A DNA stretch of 64,000 nt from Monocercomonoides exilis PA203 (lineage: Eukaryota > Protista > Preaxostyla): assembly GCA_001643675.2 (NCBI GenBank), contig LSRY02000007.1, positions 62,001-126,000 on the forward strand, written 5' to 3'. Shown here one piece after another: positions 11,952-25,138 of the stretch. Within the stretch, counting starts at the first letter, position 1, and each line of letters starts with the position of its first letter. The position numbers and the translations under genes are program-made. A model generated the notes under the pieces. It worked only from the letters and a program-made list of their open reading frames with translations. It ran no database searches and had not been told where the DNA came from.

Positions 11952-14900
11952 ATGAACAGAACTTCACCTTTCATCGAAAGTATAATATATGGTGAGTTTG
12001 ATTTAAGAGAAGGACGAAGCATACGCTTTACATATCCCGAAGGATATGTTAGCCAAGATAAGTTTTCAATATTAATTTATTTTGATATTTATTTTTTTAA
12101 AAAATGTAAATTCACATGCTTTGGGGATTTAACAGACAATTACTTGTTGCCGAGCAAATGTTTCCTGACGGAGTATGCATTTACTTATATAGTATATATT
12201 TTAGTTTTTGCGATATCCAACTGTTTATCTTTTTAGGGTACTTTTTGCAAATAATAGTTTTTTTCAAATTGACTTTTCTCAGCTCAAGATAGAGCTTCTG
12301 ATTCCACTTTTTTTATTCTTAGACATACGAAATCAACAACAAAAAGGTATGTTAAAGAAGATAATATTGAAGGTTCTTGGGATGTTGTTGTTGATGAGAT
12401 ACCAATGGATGATGATGACTCTTCTTCAGATGATATGCCTTCAGATGACGTTGATTCAGTCATTTTGCCAGCATCTGTTTATCTCTATTCATTGGAGAAA
12501 AATATATGGTATTTGCTTGGAAAACCCGATCAAATTGGTGATTTTGCCAATGCCCCAATTGGATTTCATAATGTAGCCATGACTGAAGACATAATTGTAA
12601 CGCAAAAGACTATTATTGATGGAGAACAACCAGCAACACTTTCTTTTCCTATTCATCCAAATATCAATTGTACACAACTTTCTGATAAGTTAATTTGCGT
12701 TTATACGGACACTGATCAAGCGGTCTCATTTTTATTTGAAACAGATGAGCAGGTCAAACAATTCGTTGCACACATCGAAGAGGCAACTGCAGATGTCATG
12801 AACAAAACTGTGAAAATTCAACAAAAGAAGCTTTTGAAGAAGGCAGAAAAGGAAAAGAAGAGAAGAGAAAAACAAGAAGAAGAGCAAAAGAGGAACAATT
12901 CAAATAATGACGGGGATAAAGAAAGCGAATGCAAAAACATAGGCGATGATGGAACAAGTGAAGAATCTGGTTCTGCGAGCGCAAACGATTGCGGGGGAGC
13001 AAAAGGGGAGCAAAGCGCAGACAGTTCAGGCGATGCAGAGGAGCCTCTCTTTTGCATCTCGTCGGTGCGGCGGATGCTCGACCAGAATGCAGAGCGAGGT
13101 GCAGTCGTGCGGGCGCTGGCGTTTGTGTCGCGGTCGTGCCGAGTGGACTGCCTGCAGTCAGTGCTAACAGATACCCTCACCCAGTTCTTCGCCCACTTCA
13201 CCCCAAAACTGGTGGAGCGCATCTTCCACGAAATAAACGACGCTTTCGAACGCCGCTCAAAAGAGGACGAACGATTTTATCATTCGCTCTACTTTTCGAT
13301 GTGCCCTGAGCTGGATGTGATGAGAGGTGAAGAGCTGACAGAAGATGGATCAGCCTCATCGTCTTCTTCTGCATCTTCCTTGTCCACCTCAGATGATGCT
13401 CCAACCTCTTCTTCTTCTACTGCTGCTTCCACTTCCATTTCTTCTCTCTCCTTCTACTCGCCTTCTTCGATCTACTGCCGCAGGATAACAAGTCCTGATG
13501 AATCAAATTTGTTCAATGAGACATCGCTGCTTCAGATTGACATCGTTCATCCCGATTACCATGCTCCTCCACCTGCTCCTACTGCCAAGCGTCCAGTAAC
13601 ACTCAAAACATCCCCCTTTGTCTCATCCACTTATGGCTCTCCAGTTCCTTCTCCTTCTTCTTCCCCAGTCTCCTCTGCACCTTCTTCTCCCCCCTCTTCT
13701 TCTACTTCTTCATCCTCCTCTTCTTCATCCTCCTCCTCTTCGCAAGGCACTCTCCATCCTCGTCCTCCTTATCGGCCACCTCCACCAAAACCAAAATCGA
13801 AGCCTCCGTTTCCACCTTCACGCCCGCCACTGACGCCTTCTTCTTCAACTTCTTCTCTTTCCCAGTCTGCTCCTTCTGAGCATTCTGCACCTGCTTCTTC
13901 TCCTTCTTCTCCAACTGTATCTGATGCACCCTCTGCATCTACAACTTCTCCATCAGTGCAATCTTCATCATCTACCCCTTCTTCTTCCTCATCCTCCCCC
14001 TCTTCTTCTTCTTCTTCAACTTCTCCTCCCTCATCATCACATCCTTCTTCTTCCACACTCTCTCACTTCCTCATTCCCTCTCCCATCCGAAAGCAGGTGC
14101 GCTTTCCCCTCTCTCTTCACCCAGGTGAATTCTTCTCCTTGTCTCTCCAGCAGCTCTGCCGGCAATACTCCACGTCGCTCATGGCTATCTTCAATGCTGT
14201 GCTGATGGGGCAGCGTGTGCTCGTCTTCGGCTCGTCGCAGGGCGCAGACACGAAGCACATCACAAACACCGTCCTGTCCATTGCCCAGATGTTCATCCCC
14301 ACATTCAGCACAGCCTCCTTCTTGGCTCTTCGCATCTTCCCTTACGCCAACATGAATGATCTGTCCTTTCTGAATGTGCCTGGCTTTGTGGCTGGTGTGA
14401 ACAACTCGAAGATTGTGCAGATGCCTGACACGTGGGACCTCCTGGTGAATGTAGAGAAGAAGAGCGTCGAGTGGAAGAGTTCGGGACTGGCTTCGATGAT
14501 TGTGCCTATTCAGAACAATCCATCATCATCATCATCATCATCTTCTGCTGCTTCTTCCAATCCTGTCTCTCCACCACCTGGGCAACCTGCTTCTGAGATA
14601 ACAGTGACTGAAACGACTCAGAAAAAGCATCCGAAGAAAAGCAAAGAAAGCAGCCAGCAGCTTTCCCTGTCGCTGTCAGAGATGGAAGATACACTTGTTG
14701 CCTTCCCGCTGGGCGGAGGAGGAGCAGCCAACAGCAAAAAGACACCGAATTGGGAGCAGGCCGATCTGACGTTTATGACAGGGGTGCTGCAAGGGATGGA
14801 AGAGGGGAAGGACGAGCTGTGGGTGCGGGCGCAGTTCAGAGAGTATTCGACGAAGTTGGCGCTGATGGCATTTGCAGCATATCCATTTGTGGACGATGTG

Positions 14901-15693
14901 ACGAAGTTTGCGCAGACAGCACCAAACAGACTGAGGCTGGCGATGTTCCGAAGGACACAGACGGCTGAGATGTTCTGGCAGGAGCTGCAGGAAAAGAGGA
15001 GGAATGCTGCCATCAAAGAATGCGATCCAGAGAGAGACGTGGCGTTGCTGAGGGTGTGCCGATTGTTGATAAGAAGTGCTTTTTCATATGTAAATATTTC
15101 GATGATTTATTTATTTATTTATTTTCTCTTTTGTTTGTGTTCTTTTCCTTTTGCTCTTTGACTGTTTTGCTTCAGAACAATCCGCATCTTTCCATTCCGC
15201 AAACACATCAGTTGCTGAAAGAACTGTGCGAATCTGTGAACACACCAAGGCAAATAAAAGAGGTGTCATTTTCTTTCTTTCCCTCTCTTTTCTTTCATAA
15301 CAAAGAATGATTTCATTGTGTATTTATTTATCTATTGCTGCCTTTTTATTTAGCTGTTGATGCTTCTTCCTTATCGACATGGCGGGTTGAATATGATTGG
15401 CGCATATCTTCTGCACAACAGTTCAGAAGTTCGCCGTTTGGCTTCTGAGCTGCTGAAGAAGCTGCAATCGACAAAGGTCTGTTTTAATGCTTTTTTTAAC
15501 ATTTCATTTATTTTTATATTTGTTCATATTTATTATGTAATCTTTTGTGTATTTTCTTCACATTTCATTGCAAATGAATTGCAATGTGTTCTGTTTGAAC
15601 ATCTTCCATTTTGCGAATTGGATTTGATGTTAATAGCTGGGAAAAGAAGCATCAAACGGAATTAACTTTTATTTGGCGATTCAAATGACATAA
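11952..15693 (+). CDS. Afi1/MesA-like (Afi1 + SPA, DENN-related) polarity/trafficking protein, multi-exon
   Basis: N-terminal IIYGEFDLREGRSIRFTYP and LVAEQMFPDG resemble the Afi1 domain. LMAIFNAVLMGQRVLVFG...RIFPYANMNDLSFLNVPGFVAGVNN...WDLLVN matches the SPA/DENN core. Pro/Ser-rich insert at ~13350-14070; last exon ...INFYLAIQMT* ends at 15693. Confidence 0.75.
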
Positions 15694-16350
15694 TTTCAAT
15701 CACACTATTGTTTCATATTTATTTTATGTTATTCATCCATTCATTTAATTTGTATCGAGGCATTGATGACTTTGAAATTATGTATCTTTTCATTCGATTG
15801 CTCCCGCTGTTCGTAGAACGTGTAACATGCACTTTCTTATTTAGTGCATCAAACATATACTTATTTTCAACACACTTTTTATTCATTTTACGTTGTCCTT
15901 CTTTTCATATGCATTTATTTTTTCTGAATCTGACATTCGAATTTCAATGTCTGTGCAGCTTTCTGCTCTTTTTATTTTGTTAGCGAATAAATATGTTGTT
16001 TATTAACGAGTTCAGAGCAAGAATATTGTTAGATTTCAGATTCGAGATAAGTTTTTTTTTTTTTTTTTTTTTATTTATGAAAATGAAAATCATGTACACT
16101 GAATTTTGTGCGTACATAATCAATTTTAACTTAAAAGTTGGTTCGCAAAAGAAGGTTGTTGGAATGTCTCTTGTTGTTTCAAATGAAGAAGATGAAATGA
16201 AAGAAATTTTGCAATGAAAATCTAAAAATCAAACACATAACATTCAGATGAATTGATCACATTGAAGTATTCTTTCAGTGTATTTCAATTGGCATTAAGT
16301 TTCACATGTATTTGGTCTCCTATTAACTCTCATACAATGCAATGCATCAA

Positions 16351-18862
16351 TCAGGTGCGTGCAGACATCACCTTCTTCTCACCTGGTGCTGTTTTCTTCC
16401 ACACACAACATTCGCCTTCGCGTGTCGCTGCCAGAATCAGATCTCCCTCGTAATTGAACTCACTTTTGATGAATTCGCAATCAGAGTCTGTGCGAAGTAC
16501 TTGCAGACAGCGTAGTGTGCGGAAAGCAGAGGAAGAGAAATCTGATGCAGAACAAGACGAAGACTTTGACGTGGTTTTGCTGCTGCTTGCTTTGTGTGTG
16601 TGCTCGTCGCTGTTTATGCTTCCGTTGACATCCCACAACCTGCACTCGCCGTCAGCAGAGGACGAGAGAAGCAGCGTGCCTTGAGGATTGAATGAGAGCT
16701 GGGTGATTGAATCAGAATGAGGGAAAGAGGAAAGCACCGACTGCGGAGAAGAGGGAGAAGAGAGTGAAGTGAATGTCGAAAGAGAAGTGGAAGAGGCGAA
16801 CGGAACCAAAGAAACACGAGATTCGTCCTCATTCAGAGTAGACGGATCAATATCAGCAATTACGATTCGATATACAAAAATTTCTCCATCTGAAGAATTG
16901 CGGAAATGAGGAAAAGAAGAAAAAGAAAAATTTTCGCAAAATAAAAATACTTATTTTGAAGAGAAAACAACAATAATAAAAAAAGCATGCTGTCTAATCC
17001 GATTGCTGCAAGAGACGAAGATGGCGAGAGTGCTGAACATACAGCATTTGATGGTAGACTTAGAAATTACAGTAAATATTAATAAATAGCCATTAAGATT
17101 TAGAATGTGCCATTTCAAGAATTAAGAAGAATGATTGGAAATAAGTTGAGTGGAAGAATATATTGAAAAGTGTGAAAAAACATTAAACTTGTTTCAAATT
17201 TTTTCTATTAAAAATATGAAAATCTTTTCTTCTTCCTTTTTAATAACTTTTCTTCACAAGAATAAAACGCTCTCGTTTTCTCAAAAAATGTTTTGTAGTT
17301 TGCAGAAAGCTCTTGCAAAAGCATCAAATCATTCATTCTGGTTTGGAATTCATACCTTACGTTAGCGATATTTTTCCCTGTTTCTGTTTCAAACAGCGAA
17401 AATGTTCCGTTAAAAGTCGAAACGGATATCATCTCTCCTGTGAATGTGAAGTTGGCAGATGCTATTTCAGACAGTGAAGCACTTGGTAAAGCTGATGAAA
17501 CCGAAGCGAGCTTTGTTTTTCCTTCTTCTTGTTCTGATTTGGCACTCGAAACAAGCCGATGTACATTTTGAAGAGGGTTCATTGTGTGAAGTGAGCTGAG
17601 CAGAATTGCAAAATAGTGATAATTGATAAATTATGAATGAAGTGCACTTTAATCTTCATAAATAAAAATCAAAGTTTAAATGAACAAATATATTTCATTT
17701 CAAAAGATTGGCATTCTTTAATTTCGACTTGCACACTCACACATCATTTTGCACTTTTCATGATACAATTTTCAAAAATTGTGATATAAATCTATATAAT
17801 TCCCCGCAAAACATACCTTCCGACTGAATAATCCCATAATCGTACTGTTCCATCAAATGAAGCAGAAATGAGCAGATCATTCAATGGATGAAATGACAAT
17901 GCAACAATAGATGCAGTGTGCCCCTAAATGTAAAGATTCAATAAAAATGTTAGATTTAATGAATGTGTTTGAATAAAAAAGAACTTTTCACAATAAAAAT
18001 GTTCATCCAATGCAAACCAATAGATACGACACCATTTTCCCTTCATTTATATCCCAAACAATGCAATCACCGTTTAATCCTCCAGAAGCTGCAATATTTG
18101 CCTTTCTTTGAGATGAAGCTAAAGTCAACACTTCAGACATTTGTTTGTCTTCATCATTGGAGCAAAGCGTATGCAAATGCGCACCATTTTGAGCATCCCA
18201 TACCCTTACAGTTCTGTCAAAAGATCCTGTCAATATTTTATCACTTATTACGCATTAATGAAAGATGAAAAGAATAATTTCTACAGATACCTGAATGGAT
18301 TGTTAAAAATAGATATAAATACGACATTTGTATGCCCAGAAAGTTGAAAAAGCTGCGACCCTGTTTCTGTATTCCAAATTTTTGATGTACGATCATGGCT
18401 AGAAGTTATTACTCTGGAATATTTAATATTATCAAAAAATTTGAAAGCAAATAATACAAATACCTTGTTCCAGTTTTGTTAAAAAATGCATTTGTCAAAG
18501 GAAATGAGTGAGGTTTGAATTTTAGGCTCAAGTTATATCTTGAAAATATGAGACCTTCATTTTGTCTGGAAATAAGTTCTGCAAATAATACATTGTAAGA
18601 TTTTGGAAAAAAGATAATTTAAAAAAATACTATTTATCATTTTTAGTATTTGTGGACGTTTTGAAGATGATAGAACATCGACTTCACGGATTATTGAATC
18701 AGCAATAAGATCAGGATTTGAAGTTGAATTTAAATCTAATAAATCAATTGTTTGAGTTTTGACATCTCCTCTTTCATTTGCATATTCCAATATTATCCCA
18801 GGAGGAAAATATCGAAGAAGAAAACGCTTAAGGCCAGGCTTTATTGATGATTTTGTATTCAT
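16351..18862 (-). CDS. DAW1: Dynein assembly factor with WD repeats (DAW1/WDR69/ODA16), multi-exon
   Basis: N-terminus LKRFLLRYFPPGIILEY...KTQTIDLLDL is the ODA16/DAW1 signature. It is followed by WD40 exons (TSSHDRTSKIWN, TGSFDRTVRVWD, SASFDGTVRLWD, SSSADGECRLWD). Confidence 0.88.
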
Positions 18863-19064
18863 TATAAATTAAAAATGGGCAAAGAAAAATTGTTATGGAA
18901 TATGTCAAAATCTTCCTACAGTGCATGCTTGTTTAGTATTGAACTTCACAATGCAATTTTTACCAATATATGTATCTCAATTCAATTATAACCAAAAAAA
19001 TTAACTTGTTATTTGCAATCTTAATTCTTGAAAAAATATTTTCATGAAAATGTAATCTGTACAG

Positions 19065-22000
19065 AAAACTAAATGGGGATATCAACAGAAATTCTATTGG
19101 GAAAATCCAGATATATGTCATGAACAGGTTGTTGAATTGGATGGACCATTTTCAGCTATCACAGCATCAGGAACACTTGTTTATCGTATTTGTGTAATTG
19201 GAGATCAGAATGCTGGAAAATCAACATTTTTTCATGCTTTTACAAAGGGAAATGATCCTGGACATCTTGAGTTGACTTCATTATTTCCGTTTATGAGTGC
19301 TTCGTTTTTGAATCTTCGATTTCTTCTAAAAGAAGAAAGCAGTTATATGGATGGCATGGATTTTTGTTTTGTCTAAAGGACTTTTTATTAAAATTTTTTA
19401 TTCAATTTTATCTTTTCAATTTTATCAACAAGATTAGAACCTCCATTTATTGATACTGATTATGGACGTGCTGTTCTTCTTTTTACACTTGATGATTGGC
19501 TGTTTTTTTTGGAGGACAATAATATTCCTTTTCCTGATTGTGAGCCACTTTTAAGGGAAGGAGTTCGATATGTGGCTTTTGAGATGATTGAAGTTGGAGG
19601 TGATCATTTGGACTCTCTAATGGCTCCGAAAATTGAAGAAAAATTGAATATTTCAAAATTGGAAGGGAGCACGAAAGAAAGTGAAAGGGATGGCAGTCCG
19701 TCTGATGTTCTGTCACTGTCATCGACCATGCTGAAAGAAACGCAAGCAACGTTATATTTTATAAATAGCTCAACATTATTTAGTGACTTATCAACATCTA
19801 CTTTTTCAGAAGCGGGATTGAAACGGTTTTTGGAAAGGCTGCAGTTTATTTCATCTCTTCATGTGCATTCTTCGGATTCCACAAAAAGCTTTCCTTCTTT
19901 TGGTGGACCCAAAGAAAGTGATAAGAAGCCTGAGAAACACAAAATGGCATTTCTTTTGTGCAAATGCAAAGAAAATGCCACTATTGATACTGCTAAACTC
20001 AACAAAGCTTCTGAATTCTTTTATCACACAATGCTTCATATGCAACCATCTTTGGAAGAATCGTCTGAATCAACGTCGCATTTTCCTTTGCATTTTGATG
20101 AGCCACTTTGCTTAACGGAATTTTTATTCCGTCTTGTGAATAACTTCGTTGAGATTAGCAATTTATTCATTACAGTTGATAAAATTGTGGTTGCGGAGCA
20201 TTTTAATGTAGTTGGGTACACTCGCATTGATGAAGGATGCGAATCAAAGAAAGAAGAAGATTTCAAAGAAAAAGAAAATACAGAAAGAGATGAGCAAGAG
20301 ACAGGACTTGGAATGAGCCCGTTTTGCGAAAAGCGACCGCGAATGGTGAATGCTTCTTCAATAACACCAATTGATCCAATGCAAACTTCTTATTGTCTTC
20401 ATTCCATAATTCGGCAGTTTCCAGTATTGACGCTTAATCCAAGCGGAATGGTGAAGACTATTGTTATGTGCTGTCGAGGTGAATGGACGAAGAACACGAA
20501 TTCATTATTCTACACGATTGATCATCTGTTGCAATGCTGCTATGACAGAAGAATATCTGATGATGGCAGGAAGATTAAATATGATAACCATACGACTGTC
20601 GATGAAGCTGAAAACGAGAGAAAGCAAGATGAATCAAAATTAACTACAGATTTAAAGGATGAGAAAGAAAGCTCTGAAGAAATTCAACTTATTGACAATG
20701 GATGGATTACAAGTGACCAATTTTTGGATTATTTAAGTTTGATACTTTTTTATTTACAACGTGATGTTTCTTTGTATAATATGCACGAAATATTTGATCA
20801 TCATTTCATGTAATATCTTTTTTTTCTTCTATATTATTATCGTTATTTTTTTTCCTTTCAGTTTCCATTGAAGATGACAGCAGCAGAGATTCAGCTGAAA
20901 AGTTAAACGAAAAAGAATGTGAATCAAAGAATAGTACAACCTCTCCTCAGACTTCACCATCTGCTTATAAATCGTATGTTTTGCCTCCAAATCAGTCAGA
21001 CTCGATTTATGTTGTGTCTCGCACAGTAATAAATATGCAGCAGTCGCCTGAAAGAGATGCATCGCTTCAAAAAGACCACAAAAAACAAGAAAAATCAGAG
21101 CATCATTTTCTCGAGTTGCCAGCCCCACTTCTATTTCAGCAGTGCTATCAGGCTTCGTTCCACCTGTCATCAATCAGATACGCAATGGTGCCTTCTGATG
21201 TGAAGAAGATATTCAGTAGCGACAAAATGGATCATTTTGGAGAAAAAGATTTCAATGATAAAGAAATAAGTGATGTTCATTCTCTTTCTTCTGCGCTTCA
21301 AAATGACACACAACGAATGGGCGTTGTTTATTTGCGAATTCAGCAAACATCTTCGACTTCCTCTTTATCAACAGCCAACACTTCAACTTTGGCTCCTTCA
21401 AGTTTATTTATCAATTCTGAATCGAAAGAACTGCATTCATCACAAAATGTTTATCTCTTACGACTTCTTCCTTTGAATGCGCATTCTCTTTTCCGTTTGC
21501 CAAAGGATCTTGAAGCTTTCAATTTTATCACGAGATTTACACAGGTTAAACTTTTCTAAGTTGTCTAAATTGTTACAGTTCATTTTTACTTTTCTATGAA
21601 AATATCTTATACATCTTTGGTTAATGGCTTGCGTGTTATTCTTTTATTGATATCTTTTAGCTCAAAATTCCATCGTCGATGTGGGCAAACAAGAAATGGG
21701 CAAATCAAATCGAATGCACAAACTTTAACTCATTAAAAAAGAAGTTAATTGAATCAGTGAAAATGGAGTGGAATGATATTGCCATTAATGAAATTTCTCT
21801 GAACGACTCCAAGAATTTTATGCTGAAATGGGCGAGTTTTATTGAAAAGGTTTGATATTTTATTTTTAGGTGAAATGATAAGTTTATTTTTTTCTTTCTG
21901 TTACAGATTTTGGATGCATATCATATTCTGCAATTTATCCATCTTCCACAAAGCTTATCGAGCCATACCAACATTGAGCTGTCTCCGATTAGCAAATCAA

Positions 22001-22104
22001 AGTTTGATTGTTTGCGGAAGGAGGGGTTTATAATTCCAACATCAGCAATTGTCTCTCCTTCAAAAAATGATTTTGTTCTAAATTTAACATCACCACTTGA
22101 TTGA
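19065..22104 (+). CDS. Divergent P-loop (small-GTPase-like) domain protein with long uncharacterised C-terminus, multi-exon; true 5' end uncertain (probably a short exon at ~18875-18960)
   Basis: RICVIGDQNAGKST (G1-like, ~19185-19227), FEMIEVGG (G3-like, ~19578-19601) and a TLYFINSS strand. Consecutive same-strand ORFs 19137-22104 are separated by AT-rich GT..AG introns. Confidence 0.55.
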
Positions 22105-22929
22105 TATAGCAATTCAGAAATGATTTTTTCTTTTTCATTTGTATTCCTTTATTTTTCAAAATTAAAATTTGATTAATGCTCAAACAAATTTCAAAATTGT
22201 GCTTTTGCATTCGAAATAATAAAAATTTTCAACATTTTGTTTTCAACAATTAATCCATCAAATTTTCTATGAACTTTCTCATAATTTGAAACCAAGATTC
22301 ATTCATAATTGTCATTTGAAATGAAGAAAGATGAATCGTTTCGACAAAATTAGTTTCGTTTAACTCCTTTTTCAAAACCGAAAAAAGAACACTTTGGGAG
22401 GAAAAAAGGATAGAAAGAGAGAAAGGGTGTGTGTGCGTAAGTTTGAATGAATGCGTGCGACAGAGATTGATAGATTGACAGGTGCATTCTGTTAAACAAA
22501 TGCTTTCCATAGAGTGATTATCATTTGAAGAATTCAAACAAAATTAAAGATTTAAATTATTCTTCTTTTCAAAAACATGAATAGTACCAATTGATGAAAA
22601 TTAATTTTCAGAACATTTAGATATTTATATATGTGAATATAATTTTTTGTTGAGCATATAATAAAAATTTGTTGCATGTTGAGAATTTGAGGCAAAATTT
22701 TGAAAAATTGAGTATAACTTCACAATTAAAAATAAGTCAAAATAAACCAAAAAACATATAAAAATAGATAAAAATGTCAATATTAATACGAACAAAGTGC
22801 TTAATCCGTGCTTATTTAAAAGCAAATTCGTCATTCTTTTTTTAACAATATTATCAATTTTCGTAAAAAACACAACAGAGTCACGGCTCAAATTATTATA
22901 AATGCATTCCTTGTTCATTCAAATGCTTC

Positions 22930-23600
22930 AGACAACTAAAATCACCATGCTAGATTTTTATGAAATTGATTATTCGCTCTGTCGATGCGAGAAACCTAAT
23001 CAAAAGCAATTCTTATAAATCTTCAATCTACATAGCTTGAAGTAAAAAATGAAATGTCATAAGTTAATACCACAACTATTTAGATGCTATACAGCTTTAG
23101 TGAGAATTCAGAATCGATAAAGTTGAGGGACCATCAAAAAAAGGTTGATCATCATTCTTTTCGGAAAAAAATTCCTTCTCTTTGTCATCCTCACAAACAT
23201 TTCCGCAAACAATCTTGTTTTCAGTCTTTTCCAAGCTTCTCTGTAGTTCTAATAATAAATTTGTTGTTTTTCCTCCTTCCTATAAGCCATATAAATCACT
23301 TTAAAAAAGTAAAAAAAAAGTATAAACTTCTTTTAATATTTCTGAAAATTCTTGAAGTGAAGATTTCGCACAATCCGATTGAAATGGTTTTATTTTATCT
23401 AAGTTGTTGATATTTTTTAGAAAATACATCGAACCAAGAGAAACACAAAAAATATCATAAAGTCTTTTATCAAAATTTGAACAAAACCGTTGCATGATTC
23501 TTCGTCTAAACGTGCTATTCCTGGAATTAGATAGGTCAAATCGAATTGAGGCAACAAATGCGACACTTGTTCTTTTTCACCTTCCATTTTAATCTGTAAA
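22930..23600 (-). CDS. Hypothetical protein, multi-exon (possibly the 3' part of the 23682-24380 gene); 3' end uncertain
   Basis: Coding-like exons IKMEGEKEQVSHLLPQF..., LDKIKPFQSDCAKSSLQEF..., EGGKTTNLLLELQRSL... separated by AT-rich introns. Confidence 0.4.
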
Positions 23601-23681
23601 TGGACAAAGAAAAACAAAATATGGGCATGACACTGTTTATCATTTAACTTGCTTCATTTCATCTATAGAATGCGCATTATT

Positions 23682-24380
23682 TCATTTCATATCTTTTCCC
23701 TCCAAAAGTGCATCCATTTTCAAAATTGCTTCTAGAATTTCTGACTTAAATAAACCTGTAGAGTTTGCTGATCCATCTAAATCCTTAAGAACGCTTTTCT
23801 CTCCAATTTCATTTGATTTTTCAAAATCTTGCAACAGTAGCACACTTTCGTCAAGCGATTCTTTCCATTCATTCTCAATTTTTGACCATTGCGTTTCAAA
23901 ACTCTCATCTTCGTTCACTTTTCGATGCGAATTTAACGGTTCCATTCCATCTTCATCGACAGAATTTCTCTCATCATGAATGACATTCCTTTTAGGTTCA
24001 TCTTTGTCTGATTTCTGCAATGATACTATTTCTTTTTCTTTAGTTTTTTCCAAAATATTATCTGATTTTGCTTCCAAAGAAATTCCAGCAGCCGAAGCGC
24101 GATCATCGAAATCAACATCATTATTTCCCGCATTTTCTTTTGTAGATTCTAATTCTTTTGGAGAAATATGGTGCATGGGTTGTTGAGTCTGTATTGGCGC
24201 CAAAGATGTGGATTGTGTTGGTTGAGTTGAAATAGATCGTCCAGAAGCAGGACTGCCCAAATTTAATGAAATTCTACCGCGTTTTGGTCTCGATGAGAGT
24301 CTCAGCTCTTTTATTTTTGAAGAAGGATTTAGTTTTACGACACTTTTTGCTTTTGCACCTCTACCTTTTCCTTGTGGCAT
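23682..24380 (-). CDS. Hypothetical protein (basic N-terminus MPQGKGRG..., acidic/coiled-coil C-terminus)
   Basis: Open frame from the ATG at 24380 to the TGA at 23682. Confidence 0.6.
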   Translation of the reverse strand: MPQGKGRGAKAKSVVKLNPSSKIKELRLSSRPKRGRISLNLGSPASGRSISTQPTQSTSLAPIQTQQPMHHISPKELESTKENAGNNDVDFDDRASAAGISLEAKSDNILEKTKEKEIVSLQKSDKDEPKRNVIHDERNSVDEDGMEPLNSHRKVNEDESFETQWSKIENEWKESLDESVLLLQDFEKSNEIGEKSVLKDLDGSANSTGLFKSEILEAILKMDALLEGKDMK

Positions 24381-25138
24381 TCTATTCTTTTTAAATTTCC
24401 AAATAAACAAAACGCAAAACAAAATAATTGAGTTTAAATAATTAAAATGAAATAGTTAACAACTTTGCAAATAAAATATTAAGTGATATAAACAAATATG
24501 GATATGATCGAAAATTTCAATCAAAGGTATCCACTTTTCACATTTGCATGATGGAAAATTATAAAATTACTTTAAAAGCTTTACAGATACGAAACGATAA
24601 CTGTGATTAAATAAACTTATTGCAAAAATCATTTTTGATTTATGAAAATAGTCTGACAGTTCTCATTTTTTCATCTTTGAGAAAACTGAAAACTTCAACT
24701 TACCGATCATTGTCATTGTCTTGTGTTTAAAAAAACATATCCAAACAAAAAATTGAACTTCGTTCATATCATCACACAAGTCTTGATGGTTACAAAAAAG
24801 GAAAAAAAAAGAAAAATAAATATTAAAAAATGAAAATACGAAATGTATTTCTTTTTAGAACAACAAAATCCCAGATTTATTGAGGCTTAATAACAATATA
24901 ATAGTATGATGAAATCAGCATTGCGTTTGAGCAAAAGCAAAAACACATACAAAAAAAAGGCAGAATTAGATTGCAAACAACATAATATGAGGAGAAGTTG
25001 AATCAGAACATAAAATTTGAAATTGTAATCACAACAATTAATGAGAAAGAAAGAATGAGATAAAGAAGAAAACACCAGAAAATATTCACGTGCCCGTACA
25101 TTGTCCCCAACTAAGTACAGGCGTTTTCATCAATCTGA

